Source: Chlamydiales bacterium | GTDB lineage: Bacteria > Chlamydiota > Chlamydiia > Chlamydiales > JAAZZY01 | DNA length: 64,000 bases | NCBI GenBank assembly: GCA_965206695.1 | Contig: CBDBKM010000010.1 | Location: 288,001 to 352,000, forward strand | Direction: 5' to 3' | In this document: piece by piece, positions 56,988 through 64,000 of the stretch | How the letters are laid out: every line of letters starts with the position of its first letter | How positions within the stretch are numbered: the stretch's first letter is position 1 | Position numbers and translations under genes: made by a program | The notes under the pieces: model-generated | What the model saw: only the letters and a program-made list of their open reading frames with translations | Databases searched by the model: none | Told to the model about the DNA's origin: nothing

Positions 56988-58336
56988 AAAATGACGATTT
57001 AAAAAGAAACCTGGAATATGCAGAAGAGTGCCGTAAAAAAGAAGTAATGCCGTGCTGTTGGGAAATAAAGAAAAGAACATTGGAGTTTTTAAGAGCTAAA
57101 AAAGCAATAACATACCGAAGAGCAAAAGAAATAATCTCTAAAAACAGATTAATTAAAGATAGTTGTAAAGAGTTTGTTCATTTGCTGAAAAAAGAATTAA
57201 ATCCCGAGATAGAGGACTTGCATATAGCGCACATTGAAGGTGACAATATATATGACCACATAGGCATATACCCTGTAATAGGAGGAGAAAAGACCAATAT
57301 AGAAATTTATGAGAAATTAGTAAAAGAGAAATCTAAAGAAGTAAGCAAGAGATACACAACCCTTTTAAAGGAAATTGAGGGGCGATTAAAAGCGACCACC
57401 CTAATATACGAATACTTAGAAAAAAAGTTTAAGCAAGGGTTGTTAGAAGAAGAAATAAACGATTTTTTATACAAAGAAGATTTGGAGGAAGAACAAATTA
57501 GCACTTTCCCGAAACAGATGTTAAAAAAGCTCTCTGCAAAACAATCAAACCCAAAAGATTCAATGCCAGTGTTCCAGCCTAATGAAATGGACGTTCTTCA
57601 TGTTGCGTGGCATAAATCCCAGAACATGAGCAAAAAGGAATTGGAAGTTCTTCAAAAGCTAGACCCCTTTGCAAATACCGAAAGTAGGCTTGTATGGCAT
57701 GTGCTTATAGCCAAGGAGGAGGCTTTGAATATGTGCTATATCGGGGGGACAAGTGATGGAATGCGAAGATTACAGTTCTTCAAAGCGGTAGAATCTTTAT
57801 CCCAAAAACTAGTCACTTGGGTAATAGATAAAGATGACGGAACAGAAGATTATATTTTACACCAAGAGCCAGTACTTAGAACATCTTTCGCCTATGAGCT
57901 TTCTAAGGGGGGAGTCGAAAAGGGCAGGTATTTTTGTGTGGAAATCCCAATTAAGTTATTAAACCTGTTAGAAAAAGATCGGTTTCTTAAGTCCCCAAAG
58001 AATGAAAGGCTAATATTTAGATCAATCCCCCCTAAGTTAACAACAGCTCAAGAAAAGTTCTTTATCCATCTAAAAGAAGTTGCTCCTTTTAGCAATAGAA
58101 GCAAAAGAGGCTTTAAATGGAACGCGGGTGTGTGGGCCTTAAAGATATGGGTAGATGATAAGAAAAACATAAAAAGGAACATTGACGAGCTTGAAGAGTT
58201 TGGAAAGAAACAAAAAGTTATAGGATTTCTAAAATCTTTCGATCGAGTGGAAGAAAACAACGAGATTTTTTTTATTTTTAAGTTCCACAACCAAAATTAT
58301 AGGCATGTTTTTGGAGTAGAAAGACCAGAAAAATAA
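56984..58336 (+). CDS. Hypothetical protein, possible replication initiator (weak Pgp2-like resemblance)
   Basis: Intact 450-aa ORF with ATGA overlap on the helicase; function inferred from position and vague pattern similarity only. Confidence 0.45.
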   Translation: MKNDDLKRNLEYAEECRKKEVMPCCWEIKKRTLEFLRAKKAITYRRAKEIISKNRLIKDSCKEFVHLLKKELNPEIEDLHIAHIEGDNIYDHIGIYPVIGGEKTNIEIYEKLVKEKSKEVSKRYTTLLKEIEGRLKATTLIYEYLEKKFKQGLLEEEINDFLYKEDLEEEQISTFPKQMLKKLSAKQSNPKDSMPVFQPNEMDVLHVAWHKSQNMSKKELEVLQKLDPFANTESRLVWHVLIAKEEALNMCYIGGTSDGMRRLQFFKAVESLSQKLVTWVIDKDDGTEDYILHQEPVLRTSFAYELSKGGVEKGRYFCVEIPIKLLNLLEKDRFLKSPKNERLIFRSIPPKLTTAQEKFFIHLKEVAPFSNRSKRGFKWNAGVWALKIWVDDKKNIKRNIDELEEFGKKQKVIGFLKSFDRVEENNEIFFIFKFHNQNYRHVFGVERPEK

Positions 58337-58397
58337 GAAATCAATATTTACGGATATTACTATATACGGATTTCAGGTTTTATTAATTTCCTTGAAT

Positions 58398-58425
58398 TGG
58401 TATGATAATACCCCTTATCATTAGA
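58398..58425. other. dif-like palindrome upstream of recombinase 2
   Basis: ATGATAA-TACCCC-TTATCAT: perfect 7-bp arms, 6-bp spacer, about 30 bp before the ATG. Confidence 0.5.
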
Positions 58426-58453
58426 AATATTTATTATACAGTTAGGGTGAATT

Positions 58454-59413
58454 ATGACTAAGAATCAACTCATTTCAGCAGATTCAATAACTCGACAAGA
58501 GATTGTTGCCGCAAAAGAACAATTCCTTTGGGAGCGAGCATCTTCAATTTCCTTATTTGACGCCATACAAGAATTTTTAGATACATTGACACACCACACT
58601 AAAAGGGCATACAGCACAGCATTTAATCAATTTTTTGAAGGTGAAATATTAAATACGGATTGGTCTCTACAGCAATTTGCGCTACTAAATCTTGAAACGA
58701 TACTGGATAGCATCAAAACTACCACTATGGGAAGCGAAGCTACAAAACAAAGTCGATCTGCAACATTTGTGGCATTTACCGCCTTTATGCAAAGACGTTC
58801 AAATAATCTGATAAAAAAAGCCGTGGCATGTAAAGAAAACGGGAAGCAAACATTTAAAAAGATTCGCAATAAAGCAGTTACAACAGCATTCTCCGAGAAA
58901 GATTTGAAATTATTCCTGGGGGAGTTGCGAAAAATGAGCGTTAGAGATTATCTATTCGCCAAATGTATTTTACAAGGGGCTAAAAGGATAAATGAAGTTA
59001 GTGCCGCTACGGCAAATCAAATTGATTGGGTACAAAACCAAATTACATTTAAGCAATCAAAATCCGATGTAGAATCTCATACGGTAATCACTTTCCCCCA
59101 AAGTTATATGAATGAATTAAAACAATATCTACAAGGAAGAGCCACGGGATATATCTTTCAATCAAGAAACGGCACAAGGCTACAGCAATCTCACGCATAT
59201 CGAAGTTTTGTAGGGGCGAGCGTAAATGCCGGCCTTAGCAATCGCGTCACACCCCACACACTAAGAGCCTCTTCAATAACATTGTTTGCTCAAAAAGGAT
59301 ATTCTGCTGATGAAATAGCTAAAGTCTCGGGTCACGTAGAATTGAAAATGATATCATACTATAACAAATCTGATATGGCGGACAACCCGACTAAGCAAAT
59401 GTCATTGATTTAA
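58454..59413 (+). CDS. Tyrosine recombinase, chlamydial plasmid Pgp7/Pgp8-like, intact
   Basis: SEATKQSRSA, TFKKIRNK, RDYLFAKCILQGAKRINEV, ITFP, TPHTLRAS, SGH, SYY. Confidence 0.9.
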   Translation: MTKNQLISADSITRQEIVAAKEQFLWERASSISLFDAIQEFLDTLTHHTKRAYSTAFNQFFEGEILNTDWSLQQFALLNLETILDSIKTTTMGSEATKQSRSATFVAFTAFMQRRSNNLIKKAVACKENGKQTFKKIRNKAVTTAFSEKDLKLFLGELRKMSVRDYLFAKCILQGAKRINEVSAATANQIDWVQNQITFKQSKSDVESHTVITFPQSYMNELKQYLQGRATGYIFQSRNGTRLQQSHAYRSFVGASVNAGLSNRVTPHTLRASSITLFAQKGYSADEIAKVSGHVELKMISYYNKSDMADNPTKQMSLI

Positions 59414-59629
59414 TGACGGGAGAGATACAAAGCTATTAAAAAAAATCTTCGTATTCTTATTTAACCCGGCTAATGTTAGTATGCTCGCTCTTTTTACAAA
59501 AGCTATACAGCCGGAAGTGATAGAAGAGAGAATCAAGAGCAAATATGGCATTTGTAATTTAGATTTATCTAATGTTTTAATCTCATAAGCTTCCAATTCC
59601 GACAGTGTTTTAACAACCCAGGTTGATTT

Positions 59630-59977
59630 ATGTTAAGGTTACCCGTGGTTATTGCAGCGACAGTCACAACGGCAACAGCTATTGCTGCCTTTGTTTACTT
59701 CAATGAAATAGATAGTGCAATAAAGAGCATTTGGCAAAGAACAAATAATACGCGTGTTGCAACAACCGGGAATTCTTTGAGCGCTTCTATTGTTGAACAG
59801 GCTTTACATGACCCAGTATCAAATACCCGGCTCGTGACCAATTTTAATTCGAGAAGAACTTATGAGTTGCACGAGAGAGAACACTTCTACCCCCTAATCC
59901 ATTATGATTATCATAATGATATTTCGAATCCAAACAATTCATTACACGGTTTTTATCTCACGCAGTATAGAACCTAA
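59630..59977 (+). CDS. Hypothetical protein with N-terminal hydrophobic segment
   Basis: 115-aa ORF starting LPVVIAATVTTATAIAAFVYF. Confidence 0.4.
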   Translation: MLRLPVVIAATVTTATAIAAFVYFNEIDSAIKSIWQRTNNTRVATTGNSLSASIVEQALHDPVSNTRLVTNFNSRRTYELHEREHFYPLIHYDYHNDISNPNNSLHGFYLTQYRT

Positions 59978-59984
59978 TTTCTCA

Positions 59985-60341
59985 TCATTTGGTAGGTGTA
60001 TTTTTAAGGATTTCATTAGCAATTCTGTTTTCTTCTTTTTTGATAGTGAAAAAGGCTTTATTAATAGTCATATCTTGATTAGACAATGCCTCCTTCATTT
60101 CGTCAGATGCTTTTTCTTGGATCTTTTCTATTTTATTGAGTGTTCCTTCACTAATATTAGAGTCTTTTGAAATAATTGTTCTGGTTCTACCTTGTGACAA
60201 TGTTATCTCAATGTTGGACAAGTCATTTCTATTTCCTTGTCTTTCTTTAGCCAATTCAGCTAAGTACCCTTTCTTCTTTAAAACAATAATCCCGCGTTCG
60301 TAAGCAGACAGATTTCTTCTTTCCATTTGCCTATCAAGCAC
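59985..60341 (-). pseudogene. Fragment of a ParB-like (HTH region) protein
   Basis: RRNLSAYER...QGNRNDL...NISEGTL...TINKAF; the N-terminal ParB domain is missing. Confidence 0.55.
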
Positions 60342-60465
60342 CCTAAAATATTAGTAAAAACAATGTTAATGTCCCGCTATTGTCCTATTTGGGTATGTTA
60401 CTTTAATACTTGTCACCTAAAAGCAGTTGACATGCAACGGATTGTATATCTGATGTAATGGGTTT

Positions 60466-60762
60466 TTAAATTCTAGGCTGATAATAACCGTTATCTACAA
60501 CCTGGAGCATGCGTAACGCTATTTGCGATGGGCTTCGATAGCCGGACTCCCAAGCTTGAATGGTTTTGATACTTACATTCAAGACTAAAGAAAAGGTAAG
60601 TTGAGAATACCCGGATTTTTTACGTATCCTCTTCACATCCCTTGCCTCATATTCAGGTGGAGGATTAACCGCTACTTTTTTAGATCTAAGCCTTTTCTTT
60701 CCCGTTGCATGTGCCTTAGCTTCTTTTAAACCTTTGGATAAATCATCAAATAACTGTCCCAT
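60466..60762 (-). CDS. XRE-HTH antitoxin (HigA-like)
   Basis: VKRIRKKSGYSQLTFS...TIQAWESGYRSPS; directly downstream of the toxin. Confidence 0.85.
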   Translation of the reverse strand: MGQLFDDLSKGLKEAKAHATGKKRLRSKKVAVNPPPEYEARDVKRIRKKSGYSQLTFSLVLNVSIKTIQAWESGYRSPSQIALRMLQVVDNGYYQPRI

Positions 60763-61109
60763 TACCTAAGCTCCTTCTTTAAGTCTTCAATATAAACTTT
60801 TAATTGCTTCTTCTCTTTTTGTGATAGATCTTCCTTGACATTCTTAGCATATAAAACCAGCAAATAGAGTCTGCCTTTCTCGGTAATATCGACATAATAG
60901 ACTCGATAACTTCCACTCTTCCCCTTAGCAGATGATTTCATACGAGTCTTGCGAATACCACCGGTCCCTATAACAGCGCCCCCCTGTTTTGGATCTTTCA
61001 CTAGTGAGATCTCGAAATCCTCATAGTCCTGTTTCAACAATCTGTGTTTAGATATCAACTCATCTAATAGCTTACTAAATAAAGAGGTTTGGATAATGCT
61101 TCTTTTCAT
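60762..61109 (-). CDS. RelE/HigB family toxin
   Basis: GTGGIRKTR...KGKSGSYRVYY...LLVLYAKNVKEDLS; toxin-first order. Confidence 0.88.
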   Translation of the reverse strand: MKRSIIQTSLFSKLLDELISKHRLLKQDYEDFEISLVKDPKQGGAVIGTGGIRKTRMKSSAKGKSGSYRVYYVDITEKGRLYLLVLYAKNVKEDLSQKEKKQLKVYIEDLKKELR

Positions 61110-61257
61110 ACTAAGAATAATACTACACAGTGGTACTTATTTGCAATATAACGATACAAAGCCTGCTTAGATTTAGGTAAAGATCCTATCTACTCAGATA
61201 GTGGTAAGATTCTTTAAAACAAATATTTTTTGCAAATCTAAATACTCGATTTGGATA

Positions 61258-61543
61258 TTACAACGATAAGTTTACAAGCCAAGGCAATAAGCGCTTGATA
61301 AGAAGCCCCCCGGGTAGGGACTTGTCACGTGAGAGATTTCTAACCAGCTGCAGACGTATAGCAGTGGGGAATATTGCACCATAATATTGAAACCCTCGGG
61401 CAGGTGCTGCATTACCGGTTTTTACTTCGATTAAGTGGGATGGTTTCCCATCGATATTAACTAGAAAGTCAAGCTCTTTTCCGTCTTTTGTTCTAAGATA
61501 AAGGTATTTGTGAGGAAATGCACTCTCCTAAAATCGACTCTTA
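61258..61543 (-). pseudogene. C-terminal fragment of an AAA-ATPase/DUF4143 (PD-D/ExK-like) protein, cut by IS630
   Basis: Manual translation YLRTKDGKELDFLVNIDGKPSHLIEVK...WLVNLSL*. Confidence 0.7.
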
Positions 61544-62477
61544 TAGTCATTTAATTTTATATTGATAAGATTGCTTGATCAATGGCGAATTTAAAATTCG
61601 TAACTTTTCGTAATATCTCTCTAACTTTATTTTTCATATTAGCCCAATATTTTTCTATAGGATTTAAGTCCGGAGAATATGGAGGAAGAAACATAAGCTT
61701 ACAACCGGCAGATTCTACTGTTTTCCTGCTTTCCGCTGACTTGTGAAAACCGGCATTGTCAAGAATAAGAACACTACCGGGTGTAAGCTGAGGAGTCAAA
61801 ACTTCCTTAAGCCAAATATTGAATAACCCGGTATTACAAGTACCTTCAAAACACATTGGAGATAAAAACTGCCCTTTAGATAGGGCTGAAATAATATTTT
61901 GCCTTATAAAGCGGTTTCCTGAAACCGCTCCAAAAACTCTTTTGCCGCGTAAGCTTCTTCCGGACTCACGAAATAAAAATTGATGAATCCCGGTTTCATC
62001 GAGATAAATTCTCTTGTCAAAGGGAATATTTTTTAAATCTTTCATAAAAGCTTCCCGTTTCTTTTCATCTCTTTCCTTATAGCGAGTAGTTTTTTTTTCG
62101 TGTAATTTTTAATCTTTTAAGGGCATAAAAAATCGTTTGCGGAGTGACTGAAAAATAATCAGCAATTTCCGATAAAAAATAATCCGGATGTTTTTCTACA
62201 TATTTAGATAACAACTCATCATCTAATTTCTTATAAGCATATTTTCTGCGGATTGGCTTTAAATGTCCTTTTTGCTTTTTTTGCAAGATCCATCGATATA
62301 TTGTTGCGATACCTACTTGAAAAATATGGCCGGCTGTTTTTTTATCATGATGTTTTTCTATATGTTGTAATACTTTCTCTCGAAGATCTACTGAATAGGC
62401 TCTAGGCATTGTTTTGTCCTTACTGTTTGTATAAAAAAAGAAGGATAACATATTATCAAATAAAAATTAAAATACTA
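61544..62477 (-). mobile_element. IS630 lineage A copy 4 (934 bp; A9 slippery run)
   Basis: Near-identical to the other copies; TA flanks. Confidence 0.95.
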
Positions 62478-62623
62478 TACACGCCATCGTAGTATCTCTA
62501 ATTGTTTTATTAACTTACTTGGGTCTCTTATTACGTACTCTCATCAAGAAAAAAAACCTTCGATTAAGTTGGAAAAAGCATCAAAATATTTTACCTATGG
62601 TAATTTAAACCCGAAATTCAGGT
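62478..62623 (+). mobile_element. IS982-family 3' remnant
   Basis: TRHRSISNCFINLLGSLITYSHQEKKPSIKL, ending in CCGAAATTCAGGT (IR-like). Confidence 0.7.
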
Positions 62624-63450
62624 TATAAAATTGTCCTTCGACTTTTAATCGAGAAAAATAAGAAGCTCTACCCATACAAAATTTTCTTTTTAAAGTACCG
62701 AAAGCTTGCTTTATACGAAATCATCTTCTCGCAATCATTTTATTAAATAGATGTTGACTCCATTTTAAAGGATGACCCCTAACCGCTTGATGAAAAAGAC
62801 TGCCTCGAATACTGTGCTTTCTTAAATGAGAGCGGTTATCTGATGATGAGAAACCCTTCTCGGTCAGTAAACGTTTACCGTGAGTATAACCTATGATCTG
62901 TGGCAATTGGGTCACCTCAGATGCATTTGCCGGTCTGACGTGTATATGATGAATAAAACCTTCTCGGTTATCGGAAACAAAATAACCCCTATAACCGAAA
63001 TAGCTTTGCTTCCCTTTTTTAATCCAAGAGGCATCCGGATCTGCCGATTGCTTAACGGTATGATCAGATTCGACTGTTTTTTTCGGGCATGTTGCTGAAG
63101 TTACTATGATTGCATCAAGAAGAGCCCCTTCAGCTTCACTTTAATCCCATGCTTTTCTAATTGCCGGTTAATTTCGCGAAATAAGCGCTCATGAAGCCCT
63201 TTATGAATGATGGTATTCCTAAAGGCCGCATCCCTTAAAGCTTCTTCTAAAGCAGGCTCGCTTAAGCTGTGCCGGTGACCCCATAATATCGACTTAAACA
63301 GGGCAAGATTATCATACCTTGAGGATTAATTTCATTGTTATGTATGCCTTTTAGTAAGCATCGAATAGGTTGCCAATCAATGCATGATTAAAAAATCATT
63401 ATCAGGAATCAGTTATGCAGAAGTCTTATTAATCCGGCGTTAGCGCTTAT
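62624..63450 (-). mobile_element. Degraded IS5-family transposase
   Basis: Fragments IDWQPIR, LFREINRQLEKHG, DPDASWIKKGKQSYFGY, FGTLKR, with stops and frameshifts. Ends approximate. Confidence 0.75.
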
Positions 63451-63478
63451 CCTATAGAAAAAAAAGGGTTTAGAAAAT

Positions 63479-63520
63479 AAAAAAACCGGATAAGACTTCT
63501 TTGTAGAGACTTTGTCCGGT
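63479..63520 (-). terminator. Probable terminator after tRNA-Leu
   Basis: ACCGGACAAAGTCTCT...AGAAGTCTTATCCGG imperfect stem followed by a T7 run on the minus strand. Confidence 0.55.
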
Positions 63521-63524
63521 GATG

Positions 63525-63607
63525 TGCCGATGACCGGAATCGAACCAGCACCCTATTGCTAGGAGTAGATTTTGAATCTACCGCGTCTACCATTTCGCCA
63601 CATCGGC
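63525..63607 (-). tRNA. tRNA-Leu(CAA)
   Basis: GCCGATG/CATCGGC acceptor stem, anticodon arm GTAGA-TTCAAAA-TCTAC, long variable arm, GGTTCGATTCC; CCA not encoded. Confidence 0.96.
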
Positions 63608-63688
63608 AATAAATAATTTAATGTGAGGAAGATAATAGTATAGGATTGAATTATAACAAAGAAAAATCGAAAGAATTACAAGCTTGTA

Positions 63689-64000
63689 TTATCCGTCTTG
63701 TTTGACTTCATTAGTTCTATTTTCCAAGGCTTTAGCTTTCTCTTTTTCAATGATTTCTTTCACCATTTCATGAGCACTAACGTGTTCTTTTTGTACCTTC
63801 TCTTCCGGCAATTTAACAAAATCTTTCGGTGTTTCTTGAGCTATGACATCTTTAGCCAAGTTCATATAATCAAAAGCTCCATTGCAAAAAGGATCGTACT
63901 CTGTAATCGGTACCAGATGCAAAGAGGCTTCAGCAAGCTTTATATTTTCTCTGATCACTGTTTTACTGACTTGTTCACCAAAACGTTTACTTAACTGGTT
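63689..64000 (-). CDS. C-terminal part of a ParA-family protein (starts outside the window)
   Basis: Frame open from the edge: SKTVIRENIKLAEAS...PITEYDP...GAFDYMNLAKDV. Confidence 0.75.
   Translation of the reverse strand, partial: NQLSKRFGEQVSKTVIRENIKLAEASLHLVPITEYDPFCNGAFDYMNLAKDVIAQETPKDFVKLPEEKVQKEHVSAHEMVKEIIEKEKAKALENRTNEVKQDG

Noticed and set aside
50859..59413. Prophage
   Set aside because: No structural, packaging or lysis genes were recognised in the window.
61360..61379. AGCAGTGGGGAATATTGCAC (and CAGGTGCTGCAT nearby) resemble conserved 16S rRNA stretches
   Set aside because: Both lie antisense within a coherent DUF4143 coding fragment and the surrounding sequence is not rRNA-like; treated as coincidence.
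44265..62477. Clean composite transposon bounded by IS630-A copies 3 and 4
   Set aside because: The right outer flank is an IS982 C-terminus and the left outer flank is not its upstream part, so the flanks do not rejoin as one target.
45200..63524. Classical tRNA-Leu-targeted island with att duplication
   Set aside because: No second copy of the tRNA 3' end was found by eye and the tRNA keeps its terminator, so integration at the tRNA is not supported.

Overview
AT-rich chromosomal segment from a member of the Chlamydiota, probably an environmental lineage. The indicators are an Npt/Tlc nucleotide transporter, a SWIB-domain protein, the pabB-yebC-sprT-GNAT-prfB order and Pgp7/8-like integrases. 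About 1-44 kb is housekeeping DNA (trmB, pgi, alr, proS, pabBC, prfB with its +1 frameshift, tkt-hemE-hemY, cyclophilin, P1B-ATPase). It carries many insertion sequences: at least five IS630 lineages, IS1634, ISAs1, IS982, IS5 and tnpB elements. Several insertions are recent and can be removed in silico to restore the host gene in frame. About 45-63.5 kb, next to tRNA-Leu(CAA), is an accessory region. Its core (about 50.8-59.4 kb) looks like an integrated plasmid-like element with its own replication machinery: an intact Zn-ribbon/TOPRIM primase fused to a 3'-5' exonuclease and family A DNA polymerase, a translationally coupled RepA/AAA_25-type helicase, and a possible Pgp2-like initiator. This module is bracketed by two chlamydial-plasmid-type tyrosine recombinases, each preceded by a dif-like palindrome. 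Nearby are a broken parA, a candidate iteron origin and a HigBA toxin-antitoxin pair. All calls come from reading motifs by eye; no database searches were run.
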